The position numbers were made by a program, and so were the translations under genes. A DNA stretch of 57,251 bases, filler included, from Sphacelaria rigidula (Eukaryota): NCBI GenBank assembly GCA_964200075.2. It is 7 parts of 7 records of this genome, joined end to end, with 100 filler letters (N's around TTAATTAATTAA, not from the genome) between each part and the next. Parts side by side here need not be neighbours in the genome. Positions count along the whole stretch, not along the records: positions 32,775 to 40,867 come from CAXNAA020012328.1; positions 40,968 to 49,059 come from CAXNAA020012329.1; positions 49,160 to 57,251 come from CAXNAA020012330.1; 4 more parts are not named here. One strand, 5' to 3'. Below the pieces are notes generated by a model. It saw only the letters and a program-made list of their open reading frames with translations, was not told the origin of the DNA and did not search any database. Of this stretch, positions 38,137 to 49,535 are shown piece by piece; within the stretch, counting starts at the first letter, position 1; each line of letters begins with the position of its first letter.

Positions 38137-39740
38137 CGTTATCTTCACATGAAGAACCGTTCCGATATCTGCGCGGTACATTCGTACTGGGCATCTGATG
38201 CGGACGCCTTCCGTGATCACAGGCTGGCAAAACCAAAACCAAAATAGACCCAGACCAAATATCACAAAACGCGATACAAGCAAAACAGGGAAAAAATACT
38301 AGAAAAGGAAAGAAACATGTGGCTAACCTCAGAAATCCGGTGCCGCAGGTGGCCATTCGGAGTTCAGGGGGGTGGCACCCGGCTTTCCAACTCGACGCGC
38401 GGGGCCAAGTTGAAATGAACATGGGGTCCGACCACGGGCGAGACTCAAGGCCCCAAATACCACCAACCAAATAGCTAAGAGTCGCCTGGTTCCATCGTTC
38501 GACCTCTCGAGGGAGAGCCATACGTACAAGCACACCAGGTCTATCCAGACAAGCACTGTATGACATAACGACACCCCTCATTGGGAAGGGGGTTCATCCC
38601 CTACCCCCCCTTCTCTGGACCGTCATAATTCGCTGTGCTATGTGGGCTTCGTTGTTCCCCCACATCGCACGCAGTCGGCTGGCCTCCTCTTCATTTCTGT
38701 GCCATGAGGCCAGACCCTCTCCGCTCCCTGCAGCACTCCCGCGTGCCACGGCAACCTCCCCTCCTTATTCGCTGCTGAGGTACATAGGCCGCGATCAATT
38801 CCGAATATCTGGCGGTTGTCGTCCATAGAGCCGTCTGTGACTCCGAAAGCGTGGAGATCGTCCCTCAGGCAATTCAGCCAGTTTTGTTCTGGGCACCCTG
38901 GTCCTGGATCGTCCCCCCCGACTAGTGTTCCGAATGCTACTTGCTTGGGTAATCGTCCGGCCGGTTGTCTAGCCAGGGCTCCCGCGAACAGCAGTCATCG
39001 TTGCCGGACGATAGCCTCGGCACTTTGGCATCCGGTCTTCTTGAGGGCCTGTGCATACGACAGCTGTCGGTATGTGCAGCGCACTCGGCGGTACCCGATG
39101 ATTCGCAGGAGGAGCCGGTAGTGTACCTTTTTCAGCAAGTCGTAGTGTTCGCGGCGCGGGGCCCACGTCATGCATCCGTATAGTAGGACCTCTATCGCCT
39201 CCGTTTTCAGCAGTCGGACCTTGAGTGTCCATGGTGCTCTCGGTCGGTCAAAGAGCTACCGGGAAAACTTCCTGATGCACACCCACGCTGCTCTGCTCCG
39301 ATTGTTGATTTATTGTCTGCGTTCGCCCTCTTCGTTGACGAGCCCGCCCAACTATCGGAAACTACTTTTCTGGGCGTAGTTCTGGCCCAATGCTTCGATG
39401 ATCAGCGGTGGGGGAGATGGTGTTGGTGACTCCCCCTTATTCGGTACTTGCCTCGGCAGCCGCATCAAAAGAGTTTCCGTCTTCTTTTCCGATACGGTCA
39501 GTCCAAAGGCAACAAACACGTCCACTATGATGGTCATCCTCGCCAGTCCGTCGGGGGATCTCGAGATGACGCCGGCATCGTCGGCATTGAGCATTCCCCA
39601 CACCGCTCTCCGTACACATTCCAGCGGTGTCTCCGCCCCCGTCTCCGTCTCCTCATCGAGATAAACCATGTACTTGACGATGATATCATCCTCGCTGAAT
39701 CGCACGAGGGCTATCTCGAGTACTGCCGCGAAGATGTTGC
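38102..39740 (-). mobile_element. 5'-truncated RTE-type LINE with (CAA)n tail, pseudogenised
   Basis: RT C-terminal half reads NIFAAVL...MLNADD...FGLTVSEKKTE...LLYGCMTW...RLPKQ, with several stops. A 3' UTR and (TTG)n at 38102-38135 follow. Confidence 0.88.
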
Positions 39741-40406
39741 TCTTATCATGCTAGCAGACGGCGTGTCGTGGAACACGTCGAAAGGTCCCCGTCAGCGCGG
39801 TTTGGAAAAAGTAGTCGCTCTCTATTTCACGAAAAAATAGTTTCGCCTGCAAGTAGGAAGAAGGGGAAACAGCTGACAACGAAACGGTCAGGAGGCACAT
39901 GATGATGACAGCACCACGGAACAAGAGTCAGTATCACAATATATCGAGCACGAAAAAAAAAGGACGGAATCGAAATGACCTGTACAAGTGCAACTACTCT
40001 CCTGATCTGACCAGATGCCGAACAAGACACGTCTGTTTTTCACAAAAAACGTTCCGTGAGATTGGATCGCATCCCTACACAGCTCGGCTGCTGTCTCGCC
40101 CCTCGCCCTCATGCCGTGCCATCACCGTTTCACTTCCTTGGTATCAAGTATGTACTGCCATGGGTGGGGGCAGGTGAGCTGGGGCAGGTAGATTCGTTCA
40201 CCTCCACATTTGTTTTGTGAGTTGATGACCATCATTCGCTCATACTCATTGTAGCCCGTGACGTAATGCCACTCATCTCATTGATGGCAATCGTTCGCCT
40301 ATGCATGTATTCAACATGGTGTATGAAGTGACGTCACGAAGTTGCCGACGGTCACGGTTGCTAATCGTACTCAAGTGATGCTCCATATTCAATCGAGTAT
40401 TACTGA

Positions 40407-40561
40407 CAGCAGTGTTGAATATCGAACGGAAAAAAATTCGATACGATATTTTCAACGTATCGACCTCAAGATGTCTACATCGATATTTTTTCGATACGCG
40501 GAGAATGGCCCGATACGTATCGATACTCGATACGGATACTCGATACGATACGATACTGCTG
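40407..40561. mobile_element. Small hAT-like MITE with CGATA subterminal repeats
   Basis: Ends CAGCAGTGTTG and CGATACTGCTG. Many CGATAC/TATCG motifs. TSD not evident. Confidence 0.6.
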
Positions 40562-40867
40562 TTTTGGTGGGGACACAGTACGCAAGACCTCACGGTACTG
40601 CACTGACACTAGCAACCTAACCCGGAGTGGGTGCACGCCTGATAGTACAAAGAGCAACGGCCTATAAAAGGTAAACCTTCTCGTTTTTTGCCGAAGAAAG
40701 GTACGAAAAATGGCCAGTGACGCGAAAACAGCCAAAAACGCCATTTTGATCGCTTTCGCTCCGAATGTTTCACGCACATCAAACAGCCGATCATCTATGT
40801 TGAGGATGGTGCTGTTCATTGAGGATGAGAACCCGGAGGATTAGATTCTTCGTATCCACACTATATC

Positions 40868-40967
40868 NNNNNNNNNNNNNNNNNNNNNNNNNNNNNNNNN
40901 NNNNNNNNNNNTTAATTAATTAANNNNNNNNNNNNNNNNNNNNNNNNNNNNNNNNNNNNNNNNNNNN
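40868..40967. other. Artificial contig spacer
   Basis: N44-TTAATTAATTAA-N44. Confidence 0.98.
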
Positions 40968-41027
40968 AATCCCGGGGAGCGGTTGATTCTCATTTCCAAA
41001 TACGTTCTCATTTTTCTGGCAACCCTG
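40968..41027 (-). mobile_element. hAT-type terminus (GGCAACCCTG) at contig start, nested in the CAC element
   Basis: Reverse complement matches 8040-8094. Confidence 0.7.
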
Positions 41028-43140
41028 TTTATAGCAGATGGGATTTGTACACCGGAAGCTGTTCGAATAAATCCCCATCTTGCCCGCCAAAACCTGAAAT
41101 TGAGCGGAGAAAGAACTTGTTTGCGAGCAGCTTCTTCTGCTGTTGAAGTCCCACATACTGCACGCAAGATTTAGTTGCAGCTGAGGTGATGTTGACCGGA
41201 CAGACCATAGCTCGGTTATCAATGCATATACCTGCTGAAAACCCCGTAGTTCCGTGCCTACCAAACCAAAACAATTGATAAAAACGCGAAACATCTCATC
41301 GCGGTTGATACTGTACTTTGATGGGGATATGTATTCACAACAATAAACTGTACTGGACTGTACAATACCGTGCGGGACAGTGCGCTATAACGTGCTTATA
41401 CGTGCGGTGCCATGTACTGCAGAATTGGCGCGGCATATATGCTACGTATGGCTGACTATACAATGTAGATGCCTCCAGATTATTTTGATATATAGGGGTG
41501 TTATATACCGTCAGGAACTCCAGTTAGACGCGCGTCCTCACAGCATACGCACAGCTGCTGCAGAGCGATGTTACGGTAGGGTTGCATTTGTTTAGCGAAA
41601 ATGTTTCTCGGGGTGTTGCACGGATCATTTTGAGAATCGGCATCATTTACATTTGAAAAATACTAAAAATGATGCCGATTCACAAAAATGCCCCTGTGTG
41701 CATCTCCATGTCCTGTCCCAGGAGATTTGGGTTGAACAGTATGCCCCATATATTTGGGCTCCTACAAAAACGAGACCCAGAAACAAAAAGTGCAACCCTC
41801 ATCGTAGCATTGCTCTGCAGCACAGTAAGTATATAGGGCGTGAAAGGGAAGGGGAAAAGTACAGTACATGCAGCGCAGGACAATGTATATATATGTTCTG
41901 TACCTACAGTGCGACGTGAAAAGGACTTGAACAACGTGCAGCATTGTACGCGGCCTGCAGTGTTGTCCATGCGGTGAGTGTATATGCAACAGGTGCAGCC
42001 GGTTGTTCCCCATCCTACCCCACGTGTCGTCACCGCGCGATGTCGCGACCATGAAATAAGATGCTCAAGTTTCCACCAACAAGAAATACATCATACCCAA
42101 CCACGGCAGTGTGTATCTATATCCCTGTGCCCGACCCGTGCTCTTTGCTGCAGGGTTGTGGTGGTAGCTGTGAATAACTGTTGTGGGGTTTGCATTGGTC
42201 GATCTGTGAACAGCCGGTGATATGTATATATGTTCGGGTGATGGTCTATACTATAAAAGATTGCTGGGGTTCCAAAGGTGCGATTGATTAAGTGACTTTG
42301 TCTAAACATGGTTTGTGTTGGTAGACACTGAACCACGGGTTCTTTTTCATCTATGTGGATTGATATGCGAGGTAAACACCGTGCAAGCAGCATCTTTATC
42401 ACGCCTGGTTCGCTTGAAGTACAGGCGTGTGGACATACAGTCGTAACCAGTGTGTGGGATCTCTAACTAGCAAAAGCTCTTGAGAATTATTCATCACTTA
42501 GCCCAATTGGTACATTAACTGGGGGGCAAAAGGATGAATTACTTTCAACATGTTTTGCTGCGTGTCGGATCCCATACCCTGATAACGGTGCAGTATGCGG
42601 GATATGCCCAGCTGTTGCAGTTCGCAGAACATCTCGTTTTGCCCAATTTCCGGATGAATTGGAGGGCAAAGTGAAGATTTATTTCGAGCTTCTTCTGATG
42701 TTCAAATTCCAAATCTGCCAGTGTGCATGAGATTTGTGCGGCGGATGAAGCTATTCGAAATAAATCCTTTTATTGCCCAATTCAAATGGGCGAACGAGGG
42801 ATATATTTTAAATAGTTTCTTCTGCTGTTCGAAATAAATCCTTTTTTTTTACCCAAATAAATTGGGGGAGAAAGGATCTATTGTGAACAACTTGTCCTGC
42901 TGTCCGAGAAAAAATTACAGATATTGTACCAATATAACTAGGAATTGTCGGAAAAACTAATTTGGAATTTTCAAACTTCGGAGGGCCTCTTCACAGGGTT
43001 CCTCTCAGGGTTTCGACAAAAACGCTACGCGGCAGGAACAGATTTGCGTTTTTACCGTCAGGGTTTTTCACAAAGACTGTGAAGGACCCTGTACAGACCC
43101 TGCACAGCGCGCCCCACAGGGTGTTATCTGTCCACGTGTG
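41028..43140. mobile_element. Second, diverged copy (right part) of the 1036-3738 CAC element
   Basis: Colinear with ~1735-3738. Ends CACAGGGTGTTATCTGTCCACGTGTG followed by AA. Confidence 0.85.
41561..41817. mobile_element. MITE nested in the CAC element copy
   Basis: Imperfect TIRs CAGAGCGATGTTACGGTAGGGTTGCA and TGCAACCCTCATCGTAGCATTGCTCTG. Absent from the contig-1 copy at ~2250. Confidence 0.7.
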
Positions 43141-45922
43141 AAGTGGACGAGATAGCCCAGGAGAAGCGGGTGAGGTACTACCAGAAGAACGACACCGTAA
43201 GTAAGTCACATGGACTCCGTCTTTTGAGAAATTACGACCTAGCGTTGCTTGGGTCACGTCCACGTTCATTCTACGCCAATGTGTATCCTTACAGCGACTC
43301 GCTTACACTTTTCCTTTCACCTGTTGCTCCCTGCAGATTCTGGGTTTGTGTGTGGAGCACACCGATGAATCAGACGTGAAGTTCAGGAACGTTGCCCACG
43401 TGGAACGCATCGCCGAGAAACTGAAGGATGCGAAGATTCACCGTTGCAGCGAAAAAACCGTGCTTTCTCTGCAGGGCTTCGGGGGCAGTCCCCACCACTC
43501 CCTCCCCGTCATGTCTTTCAGCAGCTGTAAATCCAGTAATCCTCGTCAACAGGCAGTGGTCATACGCACGGTGAGTACGTTACACCTGCCATTGCTGCCC
43601 ATTTTTTGCAGGTATCAAGCAGGTGAAGTTTGACTGTACTGTACAATTTGTGTGTTTCCCTGCTTTGCGTCCTCTCAAGGCGCAGTAAAGATTGGCTAGG
43701 TTGGACTTTGGAGAAACTGCTGAGGTTGCATGTCGTTGTTTTTTAAACCAATTTCGTTCGCCTGTACCTCTGAATGTTTTCCCTTCTACGCGGCCACGGT
43801 TGTGTTTTGGATCATTTTGGGTGGAACACCATCCCAGTCATCTTCGCTCCATTGGGAACGAGCTACCATCCCACACTAACTCGTGTTCACCCATCTCGTC
43901 ACGCTTTCAGATACGGCGTGTGTGCGCCGAGGATGCGCGCTTCCGGGATGTCATCCGCATTGTGTGTGTGGCGATGGAAGGAGATGCGACGCGACGGGGT
44001 ATGCTTCACGAGATGACGGCAGACCCTTCCGTTTCCGCATCAGAATCTCTCGCGGGGTTGGAGCTCATGCACCCGCTGAAGAGTGTTGGCGGATGGGTGC
44101 AATCGATGGACCCGAAGCATAATATCAAGCGTTGGCGCACACGTTTGTGCAGCGGAAAGGGCGTGCAAATCGCTGCGAGCAGGCTTTCGCTGAACAAGCA
44201 AGCGCTTTTTCCTTTGTTCACACTGTGGGCTCCCAACACGGATTTTATGCCACTATTCAATGCTGCCGATAAGTGAGTCACACACGGCTGTTATTTCGGA
44301 TATGTTGCACCTTCACGGGTGGCCACTGGGGTCCCTGCAACCTCAAATTTGAACGTTACAGACCTTGCACAAGGTCTGTAAGGTTGAAATTTGAGGTTGC
44401 AGGGACCCCGGTGGCCACCCGTGTTGTCTCTTATGAAGGAATACTCGACGCACGTGTGAATTCTTCCTTGCACTATAGCAATCGGCCAGTGATACCCTTC
44501 TACGCGCGCCATTACCAAACCAGCTTTCATCAACTTGCCCCTCGCGCTTATGACCCCCTGCAACATGGTGCAGGCAGAATGTCCCACTGGCGGTGAAGAT
44601 GGTGCGGATGATTTGTTACGGCAGATATCGACTGTATATGTAGCAGGCGTTTCGAAGTGCGCTTGGCATGTGCAATAGGCCGTATTCCATTCGCATAGTG
44701 GCGTTTTGTTCCAGTTTTGATGACTTGCGCACCCACTCCGTCTCACTTCCAACTTCCACCACCAAGTAACTTTGGTTCTAGTTAACCAGTATCCAAGCCT
44801 AATAACAAAGCTATCAGCCACCACTTGGAGACATATCGCTTGCAAGCAAGTCAAGAACACCTCTTCTGCACGCGAAAGTAAGTCCCCCTTCTTGACCTTA
44901 TGATGCAGTGCTGGTCGGACTCAATGGTCTGTTACGCACGAGCTCGAGGGTCACTCCGCTCGACTGCAACCGCTCACTGTAGCCAGCCGCTAGCTTCGTG
45001 CCACCCCTGGCCTGGTATATTACTTGAGAGTGACTCCAGTATCACCTCGTGATCAGACAATTACATGGTGCCCAATCGAGAATGTAAGCAGCACTGCATA
45101 GTCGCATCGCTGTAGAGCTGCACTGTTTCGCGTTGTGTCTGCATACGGTGTAGTGCATCAGTCGTGCTTTCTATTTAGCGTGGGGTCTTCTGAATAACAA
45201 TCACCTGCTTAGGTGCCATAATCTTACATGCCTGTTGGTTCCTCGAAACAGAACGCTTACCACCTTCCGTGCCAACACGACAGCACAGGTACGTCCTGTG
45301 ATTCTTTACTTCACGATGCGCCTGCTTCCGTGTACGAGCACTGTCTTTTTGTTTTTGTAATTTGAAAATTCAAACTTCCCGGTCGGGAATTTTACAGTAC
45401 CACAAGTTCTATCAATGTGTCTCATAGTCACAGCGGGCACGCTGTGTACGAAGTGCTTCGTAGGCAGGAGGTAAGTACTGTTGATCCACTATCAGAGAGT
45501 GAAGTGTCCCGAGACGGAAACCGGCAAAAATGCGTGCGCAAAGTACACATGGGCGACGGTTGTTGGTGCTGTGCACCTGGAGGTATTGCGAGACTGTTTT
45601 CTGCGTTCATTGTTCAGCTTTGTACAGAGAGTAAATAACACTCGTGTCAGCTCTTGTGTCCCCGGCTGTTACATATTGCCCAGCGCATATAGTGGTAACC
45701 TGTTGGCACTGTATTGTGTGCGGTGGCAGCGTGTTTGCACCGTCTGCCGCTTTGTACCAAAGAACTCTGAGCGTACGCACAGGACTGCTCGAGCAATTGT
45801 TCGGATCATTTTGTGTGAGTCCGAATGAATTTCTGACTAACATCCGTGGCATCTATGCTGGAGTCACCCTAGAGGCGAAAAATGTTCAACGCCCGGCAAA
45901 TGACGAAAAGCCCCTGGTATGA
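43141..45922 (+). pseudogene. Intron-containing P-element/THAP9-like DDE transposase
   Basis: Exons 43141-43196 (VDEIAQEKRVRYY), 43337-43570 (ILGLCVEH...) and 43911-44272 (CVAMEGDATRRG...MDPKHNIKRWRT...LFNAADK) join in frame via GT-AG introns. A degraded downstream part reads LLEQLFG near 45785. Confidence 0.7.
44314..44423. mobile_element. 110-bp palindromic CAC...GTG MITE with TT TSD
   Basis: Near-perfect hairpin CACGGGTGGCCAC...GTGGCCACCCGTG, flanked by TT on both sides. Confidence 0.8.
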
Positions 45923-46061
45923 TTGATTGATGTACGGCATTGTGAAAAGTCATTGCGCGGGTCAAGTCGTTTTGGGTTCGCTTCCGCTCCTCGTCACATC
46001 ATGTCGCCACAACATCAGGATCTTCTCATCTTCTTACCTTTCGACATATCGTATGGTCACC

Positions 46062-46147
46062 TCACTACATAGGGCAACTTTTCGTCACTACATGTGGCAA
46101 CGTTCCGTCACTACATGGGGCAACCTATCGTCACTTCATGGGGCAAA
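46062..46147 (+). repeat. 23-bp tandem repeat x4 (TCACTACATGGGGCAAC...)
   Basis: Units start at 46062, 46085, 46108 and 46131. Confidence 0.8.
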
Positions 46148-46357
46148 CAACTTTCCGCCACGACACTACAGAGGCATCGTGGCATCTTCACGTCGGAAAA
46201 CTTGGGGCAATCAGTGCCGTTGCTCGGCCGCAGTAGATACATCGATTGTACAAGATATTACGTGCAGGGCTCATGCCTTGATCATCTTGTTTTGTCCACC
46301 CTTCCTCTCCTGTAGCGTTGCGTTTGACTCTTCCCTTCACAGTGACCCATATTTTAG

Positions 46358-46388
<31 letters not shown>

Positions 46389-47237
46389 CTTTTCTATTCT
46401 ATTCTATTTTTATCTACTGTTTACGTCTATGTTTATTTTTGAGGTTTCGGAAATGCGCACGAACATCGGAAGAGCACGCACTATTACTGCACCCTCCGTC
46501 CGCCCCTGCCGCTTTTGCTGTTCAATTTTTCTCGCTTCTGTCGCCCCGAACACACCTGCGTAATGCCACGAGTCATACCATGGTCGTTGGTATCGCACCA
46601 TACCATGTCAATGATGTGGGCTTTTCTCCCTTCGGTTCTGTTTTTTTTTCTGTCCCTGGTTTTCTCTCCGCTTCCTCTGTCTTCTGTTTTTTTCGCATCA
46701 TTGGTCACCCCTTCCACTACTATACTGTTCTTATTTGCGACCTTTTTCAAACGCTTTCTTTTCTCCCGCTTGCCCTCCTCATTATTTTTCCTCCAATAGC
46801 CATCATTTTCCTACTCCACCACTTTTCTATTTTTGCGACTTTCTCCACACGTTTTTTTCCTCTCCCGTTGGTATTTTTCTTGCTGTTGATTTTTTTTTCT
46901 CTTTCGCTACGACACTGTTTTTATATTAATGAGCCCTTTCCCTCACCACATCGTTCCCTCATTGTCTGCACTTAGCAGTCGTAGCCTACGATGCACTATT
47001 TGCGTCATTTTCACCTTTCCCCGACTCAATGATATATTTTGTTCTGCCCCCCTGTCTGCCGTATGGTACCCCTCGATTTTCTGCCGTTTTTCTCTCTCTT
47101 TCTACATTTTCAGTTGTGTTCTCTCTACTCCCCGTGGCAATTTTAATCTAGAGTCATCTTCGCTATTTGTTTTTGCTACTTTCATGTTGCAAGCGTACAG
47201 CCCCGCCCATCCATGGTGTTTCTTTTTGGAATATTTT

Positions 47238-47600
47238 CATACGTCGGACGAGCACGAGTGTCACTCGTGGCACTCGCACTCGTTGGACTGCTCGTTGGCC
47301 AAAATATTAATGGGGCGAGCACTCGAGTCATTGCTCGTTGAGGAAAAGGGTGATGACTTAAGCACACGAGTAATTGCTCGTTGTGCAAGAAATGAATAGG
47401 GCGAGCACTCGAGCCATTGCTCGTTGTGCAAAAAATTAATAGGGTGAGCACTCGAGTTATCGCTCGTTGTGGAAACAAATGAATCGGGCGAGCATTCGAG
47501 TCATTGCTCGTTGTGGAAACAAATGAATAGGGCGAGCAGTCGAGTCATTGCTCGTTGTGGAAGCAAATGAATAGGGCGAGCACTTGAGTCATTGCTCGTG
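47238..47600 (+). mobile_element. hAT left end with ~7 copies of a 43-44-bp subterminal repeat
   Basis: Starts CATACGTCGGAC, the same TIR type as 27532 and 52999. GGGCGAGCACTCGAGTCATTGCTCGTTG units lie at ~47313-47574. Confidence 0.7.
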
Positions 47601-47873
47601 ATGAACGACTCCAGTGGAGGAGTCAGCAATCCGACGAGCAAATAATTCTTCCACGATCTTGAACCTAGAATCTTCAAATTCACATGCACATCTGCACATG
47701 TACAACGGTCAAGCTCCAAAGCTCGTTCTCATTTTATCTCCCCGCACCAACCCGACCCTTCCTCCCCCCCACACACACAAATCAACGTTCACGTGAAGCG
47801 GCTTAGAGTACCTGTCGAGAGGAGTAGTACATTCACATTGACATAAAATAGGAGTGCCGTTTGGTGCCGACCG

Positions 47874-48597
47874 ATGAGCAATCCCCCCTCTACGAGTATT
47901 ATAGATGCTGGCGAACCAGCAGCGGCGGGTGAGCAGACCATGTTGGAAAAGACGATACCCAACGGTACATTGTGTGCTGACGATGAGGTTGTCGAGGTGG
48001 ACGGCGATGGCAGCAACAAGCCTCCACCAGCCCGCTCAGCGCAGGCAAGTATTGGCTCGTTTTTACGCCAAGGGGCTGCTCCCGACTGGGCACCCGCCTC
48101 GAGATCCAGCGGTTCATAATCCACCCCTGCGAGGGAGAAGAAAAAGCCTGGACCCAAGGCCAAAGCAGATAAGCCGAGAGGCAGCGCGGCCCATCCAAAA
48201 GGTTCTACGTCGCCAGACAAGGTGAAGGCGGCACTTTGTCCGGACGACGTGCCTGAGGATGTGTGGCAACGTGTCCAGGCGTTTGAGGCCCCACACGGAT
48301 ACCGCAAGGTAGATATACCTCCCGGCGCAACATCGCTGATTTGGTTCGCGGGGGTCAAGGTCATTCGCGGGCAGTCACAACAGGCGGCGTGGATCTGCCT
48401 CGCCACTGCCGAGTGCGAGAAGGAGGTGGAATTGAGGGCTTGGACTGGGGCCAACACCAACTGGGGCAGACATCTCGCTGGTACACACGGGCTGCAGTCA
48501 ACCAGGGGACAAAAAATCAAGGTAACGAAGGCAGAGGCCTGCGATAGGCTTGAAGCCGCCCCGAAATCCAACTTTTTCAAGATGGGAGCACATAGAT
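47874..48597 (+). pseudogene. BED zinc-finger N-terminus of a hAT transposase
   Basis: Reads SLIW...AWICLATAEC...TNWGRHLAGTHG. ORFs 47874 and 48222 share a frame and are separated by TAA at 48117. Confidence 0.65.
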
Positions 48598-48659
48598 ATT
48601 TTCATATGAAATGCAGTTGTACTGCTTTGCGATTCAACAAAAAATACTGGCTGTTGTTA

Positions 48660-48765
48660 ATGAGTTGGCCTTCCTCCTGTGTGATCCCGCGGCTGGTGCG
48701 GCCACATAAACCGAAAGATGTAGACCGCGCGTCCAGAATAGATAAGATGACAACACACACACTGA
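48660..48765 (+). mobile_element. SINE body fragment
   Basis: Reverse complement of ~31780-31878. Confidence 0.7.
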
Positions 48766-49059
48766 AGTATTCAGCCTGTATTGCTTTATGTGTGTTCGTA
48801 TACAGTATGAACTGCAGTGGTACAGCTTTGTGATACAACCAAAAATTCATACGTTTGTGTAACATGTGTGAAATGACAAGCAAAAGCGCAGAAGTCGTGC
48901 TGTGTTTGTGTTGACTATTGTACTGTTAGTGTATGTTTGTGGTGCCATGCGTGTGCTTGGAATGCGGTACCTCCGAGAACGTGCTGTACTATAGTAGTCA
49001 GCGTCAGAAGTTTTCAGAATTCGTAGTCGTCCGTTTTTCTGAGTTTTTCTGGAGTACCG

Positions 49060-49159
49060 NNNNNNNNNNNNNNNNNNNNNNNNNNNNNNNNNNNNNNNNN
49101 NNNTTAATTAATTAANNNNNNNNNNNNNNNNNNNNNNNNNNNNNNNNNNNNNNNNNNNN
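49060..49159. other. Artificial contig spacer
   Basis: N44-TTAATTAATTAA-N44. Confidence 0.98.
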
Positions 49160-49223
49160 GGGACTGATGCTGCTTGATACATTTGTACATTGCCTGATGC
49201 GCACAACACCCGAATTATAGTAC

Positions 49224-49535
49224 CTGAAAATAGATTGGATGAAACTTTCGGTCTTCATCTAACCCTGCCGTTACATACATACGTCGATTTTGCGCAACAT
49301 GAAGCCACCGTTTCATGCCTATGCAGGACACGTCATTCCTAACCAGCCTCGTTCGTCGTTCCGGAGGCCCAGTCCCAAAAGGGTTAATCGGCATCCATTT
49401 CACTTGAAAAAAGTATGTGCTGATCCCTTTTGGAACCGGGCGGTGCCGATATGCTGCCTGCAGTGGATGCGCTAATGATGCATCTCTCCAAATAGATGAC
49501 AAAATGACCACCCAACCACCGTGCGGCTCACACAG
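49224..49535 (-). CDS. Possible exon, unknown protein
   Basis: 104 open codons bounded by cag| and CAG|gt. No recognisable motif. Confidence 0.3.

Noticed and set aside
46439..46975. Hydrophobic 178-aa membrane-like ORF
   Set aside because: It arises from T/C-rich low-complexity non-coding sequence.
47311..47600. Regularly spaced 43-44-bp repeats resembling a CRISPR array
   Set aside because: The inter-repeat parts are also near-identical, so there are no unique spacers. The context is a eukaryotic hAT end with no cas genes.
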